Source: a virus
IMG/VR virus record: IMGVR_UViG_3300030119_000590
Span: 1-64,000 of that record
Length of the DNA stretch: 64,000 nt
Direction: 5' to 3' (one strand)
Below, piece after piece: positions 29,535 through 38,480 of this stretch. The notes beneath the pieces were generated by a model. That model ran no database searches. It had not been told where the DNA came from and saw only the letters and a list, made by a program, of their open reading frames with translations. How positions within the stretch are numbered: the stretch's first letter is position 1; every line of letters begins with the position of its first letter. Position numbers and translations under genes: made by a program.

Positions 29535-32130
29535 AGAAAAATATGTAAAAATAAGAAGACTCAATCCTAGTAAACCTGTGGTAGTTTATTCGGGTAGTAT
29601 GATTCAACAAAATCACGGAGAACTTCCACGTGGTCATGGATATGTATTGTGGGATGTAAAAGAACGTAAACCAAACCATGTTGAAGTTAATAATGATTAT
29701 GGTTATTACACAATAACAGTTCGTGACGGAACGTGTGTAAGTGATTTAACTTTGTTGCCAAAGAAGGCAAGGTTACGAGTAAAGGTTTTTAATACAACTG
29801 CCGCCGAGACCAAAGAGATACTTGCAGATATACGAAAGCATACAAGTATCACAGACTTGAATGTTACACGATGTGATGCAATATCAGAGGCAAAGAAGTT
29901 TGATAGAGACAGTAAGTTTAATTTTGGTGATGTAACTCAAACATCCGTACAGAATGATTTAATAGAAGATTATCTTACTCGTAATTTTGTTGTAGATGAA
30001 GAGCAAATAAAAACTGCTCTTGATATCAATAAAGAGGTCAACGGAAAACTTGCAATCAAAGAAACTCTTCGTAATTGTATTTGGAAACCCAAGACATTTG
30101 AGTTCGGTAATATGTTCAGTTATGGAGACGGAAACATCATTGACTTCTCTAAAATGAAAAGTGTCATGGGATTGTTTGCCTCAAATGCATCCGGTAAAAG
30201 TTCTATTATGAGTGCTTTGAGTTTTTGTTTGTTTGATAAATGTGACAGAGCATTTAAGGCATCTCATGTACTTAATACAACTTGCTCTGATTTCAAATGC
30301 AAACTGAACTTTGAAATTGAGGGAGTTGATTATTTTATTGAACGGGTTGCAACGACTAAAAAGAACGGAGATGTTACGGTATCAGTTGAGTTTTGGAAAG
30401 TAGACGAAAATGGAAATACTCTTTCTTTGAATGGAGAAATGCGTTCAGGAACCAATGCAATTATCCGTGATCATGTAGGTTCGTATGATGACTTTGTTCT
30501 TACTACACTTAGTTTACAGAACAACAATTCCATTTTTATAGATAAAAGTCAAAGTGAACGAAAAGACCTTCTTGCACAATTCATGGGAATTGATATTTTT
30601 GATAGATTGCACTCAACTGCATCTGAAGACATCAAAGAAGTTAACGCATTGCTCAAACGATTCAACCGAGAGGATTTTAGTGAGATTCTCGCAGACAACC
30701 AAAAGAATTTGGACAATAAAGAATCAGAGTATAATGCTCAACAGAAATTAACTGAAGGTTTTGTTACAAAACAACGAACTCTGAATGAGAAACTTGTTAA
30801 GATAAATTCCGAGTATAAAACGTGTTCAACCGAAGAACAAGATTTGGATTTGGATGAACTTGAGTTTGAGCAGAAAAATCTACAGGAACGGTTGAATACT
30901 GCAAAATCTACAAGAGACAACACTTCCAAGGAAAAGCAACAATTAACATCTAAACGAAAAGACCGTAAGAACTTGGTTACCACACATGAAAAGAATGAAG
31001 TAGAGTCTGAACGAGAACGAGTAGAGGAATTGCAGAAGAAACTCGTAGTGGTAGACAAAGACCTTGCTGTTTTAAGAACATCTGTAAACGCAAAACTAGA
31101 TAAGTTAAAGCATTTCAAAGACCATGAATATGATCCTGAGTGTGAGTATTGTGTGAAGAATGCAAAAAATATTATAGAATCAAAAGACGAAACACGTAAA
31201 GCACTAGACAAAGATAAAGGAGAAGCAAACAAGTTGGTGGAACTTAGAAACGAATATACCGAGAAACTAGGTGATGCGGATAAAATAGAAACTCAATATA
31301 GAGAACTTAGGGATGCAAGGAATGACGTTAGACAATTGTCTTCTGAGATAAATGAAAAGGATAGTAAGATACTTGCATTGTCTTCTATGATAGAGTCGTT
31401 GGAAAAGGATATAAAAATAAATGCCGATAAGATTGTTATGTACCACGAATGTCGTGATACCATATTGTTCAATAAAGAACTTAAAAAGTCTGCGTCTTTG
31501 ATCAAAGACGAATTAAAAGTAGTTGATTCTGATGTTGAACGAGAAACTGCTAAGTCTCAAGTTCTGTTTGGTGAAGTAAAGGTGTTTGAAAAAGAACACG
31601 ATGATATTCTGAAATCCATTGAAGAGGCAAAGGGATTTGAACGAAAGAAACGTGGTTATGAATTATACTTGGATGCGGTTAAACGAGATGGTATTCCGTA
31701 TGAACTGATTTCCCAAACAATTCCGAGTATTGAAAGTGAAGTGAATAATATTCTATCACAAATCGTTGATTTTACTATGCAACTTGAAATGGATGGAAAG
31801 CACATTTACTCTAAGATTGTATACGAAGATAGACATTGGCCACTTGAAATGTGTAGTGGAATGGAGCGATTCATTAGCAGTATTGCTATGCGAGTTGCAC
31901 TCATAAACGTATCAAGTCTACCAAGGTCTAATTTCTTGGCGATTGATGAAGGTTGGGGTTCGTTGGATGGAGACAATATTAATAGTGTATTTAATCTATT
32001 TACGTATCTAAAAGGTCAGTTTGAGTTTATTCTTGTAATTAGTCACCTTGACATTATGCGTGATATGGTTGACGAGATTATAGAAATTCAATCTAAAGAT
32101 GGTTGTAGTCGGATAAAATATGGGGTATAA
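29524..32130 (+). CDS. sbcC: C-terminal part of the SbcD nuclease fused to an SbcC/Rad50 (gp46-like) ATPase
   Basis: Starts with VVYSGSMIQQNHGE..HGYVLWD (SbcD C-terminal motifs); then Walker A ASNASGKSS, coiled coil with CEYC hook, CSGMERF signature, LAIDEGWGSLD Walker B and ISH. Confidence 0.88.
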   Translation: MEIKEKYVKIRRLNPSKPVVVYSGSMIQQNHGELPRGHGYVLWDVKERKPNHVEVNNDYGYYTITVRDGTCVSDLTLLPKKARLRVKVFNTTAAETKEILADIRKHTSITDLNVTRCDAISEAKKFDRDSKFNFGDVTQTSVQNDLIEDYLTRNFVVDEEQIKTALDINKEVNGKLAIKETLRNCIWKPKTFEFGNMFSYGDGNIIDFSKMKSVMGLFASNASGKSSIMSALSFCLFDKCDRAFKASHVLNTTCSDFKCKLNFEIEGVDYFIERVATTKKNGDVTVSVEFWKVDENGNTLSLNGEMRSGTNAIIRDHVGSYDDFVLTTLSLQNNNSIFIDKSQSERKDLLAQFMGIDIFDRLHSTASEDIKEVNALLKRFNREDFSEILADNQKNLDNKESEYNAQQKLTEGFVTKQRTLNEKLVKINSEYKTCSTEEQDLDLDELEFEQKNLQERLNTAKSTRDNTSKEKQQLTSKRKDRKNLVTTHEKNEVESERERVEELQKKLVVVDKDLAVLRTSVNAKLDKLKHFKDHEYDPECEYCVKNAKNIIESKDETRKALDKDKGEANKLVELRNEYTEKLGDADKIETQYRELRDARNDVRQLSSEINEKDSKILALSSMIESLEKDIKINADKIVMYHECRDTILFNKELKKSASLIKDELKVVDSDVERETAKSQVLFGEVKVFEKEHDDILKSIEEAKGFERKKRGYELYLDAVKRDGIPYELISQTIPSIESEVNNILSQIVDFTMQLEMDGKHIYSKIVYEDRHWPLEMCSGMERFISSIAMRVALINVSSLPRSNFLAIDEGWGSLDGDNINSVFNLFTYLKGQFEFILVISHLDIMRDMVDEIIEIQSKDGCSRIKYGV

Positions 32131-32163
32131 ACATATTTAGATATATATTTATTGTATCTAAGG

Positions 32164-33219
32164 ATGTTTGTATCTATGGAAAATTCCGACAAAAAACAAG
32201 AACTTGAAGAAACACTAATTCAGGCCGGTCTTCGTAAGGGGTATTTTACTCTTGTTGAAGGTGTATATGATCCTGGTATTTTAAAGGCAGTATTTCTTGC
32301 TGGAGGTCCTGGTTCTGGTAAATCGGCAGTAATAGATACCGTGTTTAATGTTGCTCCTGAATCAAAGTCTTTGTCATCCTCTGGATTAAAAATCGTGAAT
32401 AGTGATAGTTCATTTGAACATTTACTCAAGAAAGCAGGTCATAGTTTGGACTTGGGTTCGTTGGATGACGAGGTGTTTAATCAAATTACAAGCAGTGACC
32501 CAAACTCAATTCGTTCCAAAGCAAAGCAAATAATGTTACAACAATTTTCTCATTACAAAAACGGAAGACTTGGTGTTATTATTGACGGAACGGGTGATGA
32601 TTATGCCAAAATATCCAAGCAAAAGAAAGAGTTAGAAAAACTTGGTTATGATTGCTATATGGTGTTTGTTAATACTTCACTTGAAGTTGCTCAAGAAAGA
32701 AACGCATTTCGTGCAAGAAAACTTCCAAAAAAACTAGTGAAAGCAGTTTGGACTGATGTGCAAAAAAACATGGGTAGATTTCAAAGTTCATTCAAACAAA
32801 ACTTTACCATCATAGATAACTCAGAAGATTTAAGAAGTAAAACGAAACCAGGAAAACTTGATCTTGCTCCTTTTATATTAAAAGCAACCGCAAAGTTTAT
32901 TGCAAAACCAATTCGTAATCCAATTGGAAAAGAGTGGATTAAGTTGATGATGAAGCACGACAATATGTCAAAGAGTGGAGATCTCAAGAGTCGCATGAAC
33001 GAAGACCTTGATATGGAGTTAATGGAAGATGTAGTGCTTCCAATGGACTTGGAACGACATTTAAGTCGTTCTATTTATGTAATCAATAAGTTTAATTTAA
33101 ATGAACGAAGAAATCTTGCAGTCCTTGCTCGTATAGTTGATAGTTTACAATTAAATAAAAACCAACTCAACAAATACTTCCACCAAATTAGAACTTTAAA
33201 ATTCAAAGGAGAGCAATAG
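32164..33219 (+). CDS. P-loop kinase (AAA_33 / zeta-toxin / PNK-like)
   Basis: KAVFLAGGPGSGKS, IVNSD, IIDGTG, VFVNTSLEVAQERN. Exact start uncertain (32152, 32164 or 32176). Confidence 0.8.
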   Translation: MFVSMENSDKKQELEETLIQAGLRKGYFTLVEGVYDPGILKAVFLAGGPGSGKSAVIDTVFNVAPESKSLSSSGLKIVNSDSSFEHLLKKAGHSLDLGSLDDEVFNQITSSDPNSIRSKAKQIMLQQFSHYKNGRLGVIIDGTGDDYAKISKQKKELEKLGYDCYMVFVNTSLEVAQERNAFRARKLPKKLVKAVWTDVQKNMGRFQSSFKQNFTIIDNSEDLRSKTKPGKLDLAPFILKATAKFIAKPIRNPIGKEWIKLMMKHDNMSKSGDLKSRMNEDLDMELMEDVVLPMDLERHLSRSIYVINKFNLNERRNLAVLARIVDSLQLNKNQLNKYFHQIRTLKFKGEQ

Positions 33220-33569
33220 TGTTCGACAAAATTATAGATGAGTTGATTGCGGAAGACAAGTTAGGAGAAACTTGGAAACTTGAAATGGCTCCAAATCATG
33301 CACGATATAGTTTTTCGTCATCGAAATCAGGAAATGAAAATTGGGCAAAAAAGTTGGCAAATAAACTTGTTCAAAAAGAAAAAGAAGATTTTAAATTTAT
33401 AGGAATTTATAGTGAAGGAGAATCAGCAGAGGGACCAATTGTTGATGGATTTATTTTTCATTGCACACAGGAATATCTTGATAAAGCACCACACATGCAC
33501 CGTGATAAAAGAAAGGCCTGTAAACGACATCTTAAAACTGGTAAAGTAGAAGAATATTTGGAGGATTGA
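33219..33569 (+). CDS. hypothetical protein (probable head-associated)
   Basis: 116 aa, GTG start with AGGAG RBS. Confidence 0.7.
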   Translation: MFDKIIDELIAEDKLGETWKLEMAPNHARYSFSSSKSGNENWAKKLANKLVQKEKEDFKFIGIYSEGESAEGPIVDGFIFHCTQEYLDKAPHMHRDKRKACKRHLKTGKVEEYLED

Positions 33570-33574
33570 TTAAA

Positions 33575-34099
33575 ATGAAAGTAACAGAATATAGTAGATA
33601 TAAAGATGACCCTTTTTGGATGAAGTCAAAATATGACGGAGTTTCTGGTGAACAACGATTACCAGTTCAGCGCAGATTGAGAAAGGGTGGTGTTAAGTTT
33701 AAAAAAGGTGATGAAATACTATATTACCCAAAAGGCAAAGTAATATTAGTTGGAAAAGAAGCAGAGAAAGCATGGAGAGATTTCCAAGCAGCTGCACAAG
33801 ACGAAGATTTTTATATGTCTCAATATGAGGAGTCAAAAATGGAAAAAACAAATGAAATAAAAATAACAAGTCAAGAATACAAAAAAGCAATCAATTTTAT
33901 GTCTGATATGCACTCTAGTATCTTGAAAGCAAAAGACAAGGTAATTAGATTCTTACAACGCAAAGGGTTTGATGAAATGGCAGATGAACTACTTGGTATG
34001 TCCAAAGGGGAGTATAATAATTTCATAGCAAGAAGGGTTTACGAACAAAAACTTAGAAATCAAATTCGTTCGATTCTATCTGAATTACTTAAAAAGTAA
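33575..34099 (+). CDS. hypothetical protein (probable head-associated)
   Basis: GGAGG RBS; C-terminal EQKLRNQIRSILSELL helix. Confidence 0.7.
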   Translation: MKVTEYSRYKDDPFWMKSKYDGVSGEQRLPVQRRLRKGGVKFKKGDEILYYPKGKVILVGKEAEKAWRDFQAAAQDEDFYMSQYEESKMEKTNEIKITSQEYKKAINFMSDMHSSILKAKDKVIRFLQRKGFDEMADELLGMSKGEYNNFIARRVYEQKLRNQIRSILSELLKK

Positions 34100-36589
34100 A
34101 TGACACAACTCAACACAGAATCTTACACAGCAGATCTTACACAATATATGCTAGGAGATTTGCTGACAGAAGCACCTAGAATTACAAAGGTGATTGGGAT
34201 ATATCCAGGCAGATTTCAACCTGCTGGTTTGCACCACTATAAAACATATAAGTGGCTGGACAAACAATTTGATGAAGCATGGGTAGCTACAAGCAACAAA
34301 ACAGATGCAACCAAAAGTCCGTTGAACTTTAAAGAAAAGAAAATGATATGGACAAAACACAAAGTAAAAAATGTTGTTCAAGTCAAAAACCCATATGTAT
34401 GCGAGGAGTTGCTTGAAAATTATGATCCAGAGACAACTGCGGTAGTATATATATTCGGTGCGAAAGATGCCGGTCGTCTTAAAACCAAAAAGAAAGATGG
34501 AACACCTGGTTATTATCAATCATACGAAAAGAACAAAAACAATTTAGAACCATATGCCAAACACGGATATTTTATCGTTGCTCCTCACGTGAGCATTAAA
34601 GTTCTTGGAAAGGAAGTAAATGGAACATATATCCGTGAACTTCTTGGTAGTCCAAAATATACAGATGCACAAAGAGTAGAAGCATTTGAGCAATTGTTCG
34701 GTTGGTATGACGAAAAGATTTATGTGTATTTGAAAAAGAAGTTCAGTACTTTGTTTGAGAATGAGGAAATTATTGAGGGGTTTTTACAAGAGTATCCTAA
34801 GTTTGAAGAACTTGTTAATTCGTTTCCACAACTTCTTAACGAAATCAGTACCGTTATGGGAATGGGCAAAGCAATGGTGGATGACGGTCCTGCTGGATAT
34901 TATCCAGGTACTTCATATGAATCTCATACCGCAAGCAGAGCAAAACAACTTGGTTATGATGTTCTTGATTTTATCGTTGGAAAAAACGGAATAGGTAGAA
35001 ACGCAGACTACCGAGAGTGGGGTGAGTACGCAGGTCCTGTACCAGCAGTTTCATTCTTTCAGTCAGGAGACCGTGGTAAGAAAAGTCCCACAAACCAAGT
35101 TGATATAGACAATACTAAACAGGCACATGATGCGTGGGTAAAATTTATAGAAGGTGTTGCGGAAACTGCGGGATACAAAATAATAGATTTCCTTGGAACA
35201 AATAAAGCAATTGATAGAAGAATAGAGAGATATGAAGATAGAATTGAGAAAAATTCACATACTATCAAAGAACCAACTAATAAGACTTTAAACGAAAATA
35301 CTTTGTTAACCGAGGGTGGTGCAGCGGGTCACATGAGTCATCCGTTTGATGATCGTGATTTAACATTTGCTGATTTAAAAGAAATGATTCGTAGATCACT
35401 TGCGGGAGAATTAAACGTTGAGAAAGAAGTTACCGAAAAACTTGATGGTCAAAATTTAATGTTTTCTTGGAAGGGTGGTCAACTAGTGGCAGCTAGAAAC
35501 CAAGGACATTTGAAAAACGCAGGTGCAGCTGCTCCGACTGTATCTGAATTTGAAGACATATTTGCTGATCGTCCTGAGAATATTCGTGACGCATTTGTAA
35601 GTGCGGTTCAAGATTTGGAATCGGCAATTTCAAAGTTAAGTGATGCTCAGAAGAATAAGGTATTTAAGGAAGGAGAACGTTTTATGAACATTGAGGTGAT
35701 GACACCTGCAACTCAGAATGTCATTCCACAGAATGTTGATATGCTCGTATTTCACGGAACTCAAGCATACGACTCTGCCGGCAAACCTGTTTTTGAAGAC
35801 TCCGATGGAAATGATATTAGTGGTGAACTCAATGACTCTGCTCGTATGTTAAGTGGGATGCTTCGTCAAATAAACGCAGATGTACAAAGCCGTTATTCAT
35901 TGAACGCACCGATTGTTGTTAATCTTCCAAAAAGTAAAACTTTTGGTGATTCTTATGAAAAATATTCAAAGATGCTGAATAAACTTAAAAATGAATTCAA
36001 GTTAAAAGACAATGACAAGGTTATGAAGTATCACGATGCATGGTGGAGAAATCTTTTGGACAAACAACAAAGTAAATTAAAAGAGATATTTCCATCAAAT
36101 GTGTATGAAGCACTAATAGGTAGGTGGGCATACAACGATAAATCAAACAAGATTACAACGATACGCATGGACTTGTCTAACCAACCCAAACTACTTGCGT
36201 GGGTAAACAAATTTGAAAAAGAAGATATAGTAAAGCAGTTTGAAGCAAATATGTGGCCATTTCAATTTATCTTTTTGAAACTAGGTGCAGAAGTACTTCA
36301 AAATGTCCGTGGGTTTGTAGCAGCTGGTGGAAGTGACGATATTGCAACTGCGTTAGATGCTCATGTAAAAACTTTAGAAAGCAAAAAGTTAAGTTCAGTA
36401 GAGTCACCTGATAAGTTCAAAAAAGACATGGAAAAACTTAACAAGAATCTGAAAAAATTAAACGACATAGGTGGAACTAAAGCAATTGCTCCGAGTGAAG
36501 GTGTTGTATTTCAATATAAAGGTGGTACATATAAGTTGACGGGAACATTTGCTCCGATTAATCAAATTATGGGAATAATGAGATTCTGA
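34100..36589 (+). CDS. multidomain protein: HIGH-family (cytidylyltransferase-like) nucleotidyltransferase plus ATP-dependent ligase-fold domain
   Basis: N-terminal IYPGRFQP..LHH and SPLNFKEK. C-terminal TEKLDGQN (KxDG), AARN, NIEVM, LVFHG, EGVVF and YKLTG follow the order of ligase motifs I-V. Confidence 0.7.
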   Translation: MTQLNTESYTADLTQYMLGDLLTEAPRITKVIGIYPGRFQPAGLHHYKTYKWLDKQFDEAWVATSNKTDATKSPLNFKEKKMIWTKHKVKNVVQVKNPYVCEELLENYDPETTAVVYIFGAKDAGRLKTKKKDGTPGYYQSYEKNKNNLEPYAKHGYFIVAPHVSIKVLGKEVNGTYIRELLGSPKYTDAQRVEAFEQLFGWYDEKIYVYLKKKFSTLFENEEIIEGFLQEYPKFEELVNSFPQLLNEISTVMGMGKAMVDDGPAGYYPGTSYESHTASRAKQLGYDVLDFIVGKNGIGRNADYREWGEYAGPVPAVSFFQSGDRGKKSPTNQVDIDNTKQAHDAWVKFIEGVAETAGYKIIDFLGTNKAIDRRIERYEDRIEKNSHTIKEPTNKTLNENTLLTEGGAAGHMSHPFDDRDLTFADLKEMIRRSLAGELNVEKEVTEKLDGQNLMFSWKGGQLVAARNQGHLKNAGAAAPTVSEFEDIFADRPENIRDAFVSAVQDLESAISKLSDAQKNKVFKEGERFMNIEVMTPATQNVIPQNVDMLVFHGTQAYDSAGKPVFEDSDGNDISGELNDSARMLSGMLRQINADVQSRYSLNAPIVVNLPKSKTFGDSYEKYSKMLNKLKNEFKLKDNDKVMKYHDAWWRNLLDKQQSKLKEIFPSNVYEALIGRWAYNDKSNKITTIRMDLSNQPKLLAWVNKFEKEDIVKQFEANMWPFQFIFLKLGAEVLQNVRGFVAAGGSDDIATALDAHVKTLESKKLSSVESPDKFKKDMEKLNKNLKKLNDIGGTKAIAPSEGVVFQYKGGTYKLTGTFAPINQIMGIMRF

Positions 36590-38115
36590 TGAAAACTGTT
36601 TCGGAAAAGCAAATTTCTAGAGCAACTAGAAAGAAAATGGCAAGAGTGGCTAAACGCACTCAAAAGAAACGTATGATGGCCAAGAAACGAATGGCCAAGA
36701 GGGTGAAAAATCCAAAACAACTCAGACAACTTGCACAAAAGCAAGCAAAGGCAATTGTTGTTAAAAAAATGACCGGTGGTAAAAGTTATTCTCAATTACC
36801 GATTACTGCAAAAGAAAAGATTGAAAAAAAACTTTCCAAGAAACCTGGTTTGATAAATCGTATTGCGAAAAAGTTGATGCCGAAAGTAAAAGCAAAAGAA
36901 AAGAAAAGACTTGCGAAAGTTCGTGCTCAAAATAAACCAAATCCACTCACAGAGGTTGAGACTTCTTATTCATCAAAAGACGGCAAACATGGGGTGTTGA
37001 CACTTAATGTAAATGGTTCTCAACCAGAAGTATCGGCACGATATGTGAATGGAAATTTAGAACCTTATGTTTTTAAAACAAGAAAAGATGCCAAGAAACA
37101 TACCGACAAGGTTGGTGGAAAACCATTTGAGTCAATGGATACTGGGTTGTTTTATGTGGAGTTTACTAGATTAGATGGTCCGGTGAGTGAGCAAAGTGCA
37201 GATGGCATGAAAGTGAAGAATCCTGAAACTGGTCGGAATATAAAAGTAAGTTCTGCGTTGGCATATGGAACAGACGAACCTGTTTACAAAAAGGCCGTGT
37301 CACTTGTATCTAAGGCAAAGGATGTAGTAAAAAAGAAAATTCCAAAAAAACAAGCAATTAAGAATGGTATTAAAGATTTTTTTAAAAAAGCATCAACTGA
37401 GAAAGATGAAACTGTTCAGTCGATGAAAATTCTTTCAAAGTATGCAACGGGTAAAAAAGTGTCCGATGACGAAAAAAAATATGTAGCAGACCAATTCAAG
37501 GACATAATGAAAATGGCAGGTATGGGAGCAGTTGCAGCTGCTCCTGGAGGGTCAATTGCAGTTCCATTGTTGGTAAAGGCTGCAAAGAAAATGAATGTTG
37601 ATTTGATGCCTTCTGCATTTCAAAAAGAGAATTTTACCACCGAGGGTATTGACTATAAGACTGCAAACGAAATAAAGAAAGATTGGAAGAAGCAATATCC
37701 CAACGATAAATTTACTTTCAAAAAAGTTCGTGCCAAGGGAAATGAATTTCTTATGGTGTTATCTCCAAAAGGTGTTGAACTTGAAAGATATCAATTTGTA
37801 CCAAAAACAGGATGGACTGAAATGAACGAAAATAAAGATAACGAGAAAGATGTAAAAGAATTAAAAGCAATGCTTGATATTGCAAAAATGCTTAGTGATA
37901 AAAGTCCATACTTTAAGGGTCGTGGTAGCAAAAAGGAATACATCAAGATGCTTGTCCACAAAATACAAAAATTGTCGGAAGCAAAAAAGCAAAAGTTGAT
38001 GACAAAAATGGATGCTTACAAAAAAGTGAGGAAACCTATTATGCCTAAAAGCAGACCCATGAAAAATAAAAAGGCATACGATAGAAAAGATTTAAAGAAA
38101 GGCAAATATGATTAA
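36589..38115 (+). CDS. Lys-rich multi-segment hypothetical protein (probable internal head / DNA-binding)
   Basis: 508 aa with very basic termini; segments bounded by LTE/VSE/MNE/LSE; one hydrophobic stretch (MAGMGAVAAAPGGSIAVPLL). Confidence 0.65.
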   Translation: MKTVSEKQISRATRKKMARVAKRTQKKRMMAKKRMAKRVKNPKQLRQLAQKQAKAIVVKKMTGGKSYSQLPITAKEKIEKKLSKKPGLINRIAKKLMPKVKAKEKKRLAKVRAQNKPNPLTEVETSYSSKDGKHGVLTLNVNGSQPEVSARYVNGNLEPYVFKTRKDAKKHTDKVGGKPFESMDTGLFYVEFTRLDGPVSEQSADGMKVKNPETGRNIKVSSALAYGTDEPVYKKAVSLVSKAKDVVKKKIPKKQAIKNGIKDFFKKASTEKDETVQSMKILSKYATGKKVSDDEKKYVADQFKDIMKMAGMGAVAAAPGGSIAVPLLVKAAKKMNVDLMPSAFQKENFTTEGIDYKTANEIKKDWKKQYPNDKFTFKKVRAKGNEFLMVLSPKGVELERYQFVPKTGWTEMNENKDNEKDVKELKAMLDIAKMLSDKSPYFKGRGSKKEYIKMLVHKIQKLSEAKKQKLMTKMDAYKKVRKPIMPKSRPMKNKKAYDRKDLKKGKYD

Positions 38116-38464
38116 ACTCATGGATGCAGTTATTGGGACGGTAAGTGACAAAGTAACAATTTCCGTGCAAATAAACAAAACCAAACACGCAGGTGAACGT
38201 CAGTCAAGACACGATCATATGCAAATATCCGAAAAAGATATTATGAATGTTGCGGATAAAGCAATTCCTGATATATCAAAGGCATTGTTGTTTGACAGAA
38301 TAGATGTTGGTGATTATATTCATGTAAAAGATAAAAAAAGTGCGTTGAATTTAATTGGAATATTACAAGAAAAATCACCGTTTAATCTGATGTTTGTAAT
38401 AATGACTGTTATGATAAAACCTAACTTTATAGCAAAGAAGGGAACTTACACTATAATTGTGTAA
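38108..38464 (+). CDS. hypothetical protein with HAxERxxR motif
   Basis: 118 aa; KTKHAGERQSRH. Confidence 0.65.
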   Translation: MIKLMDAVIGTVSDKVTISVQINKTKHAGERQSRHDHMQISEKDIMNVADKAIPDISKALLFDRIDVGDYIHVKDKKSALNLIGILQEKSPFNLMFVIMTVMIKPNFIAKKGTYTIIV

Positions 38465-38480
38465 TGTAATATTTATAATA

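Noticed and set aside
28510-29590. Split intein or self-splicing intron explaining the broken sbcD
   Set aside because: No Cys/Ser-initiated N-intein or HN-C/S/T C-intein end; the insert is fully occupied by an overlapping GT gene, leaving no room for a ribozyme core; no endonuclease motifs.
32164-33219. Zeta toxin-antitoxin system
   Set aside because: The P-loop kinase fold is shared with many kinases, no epsilon-like antitoxin is evident, and the context is a lytic phage late region.
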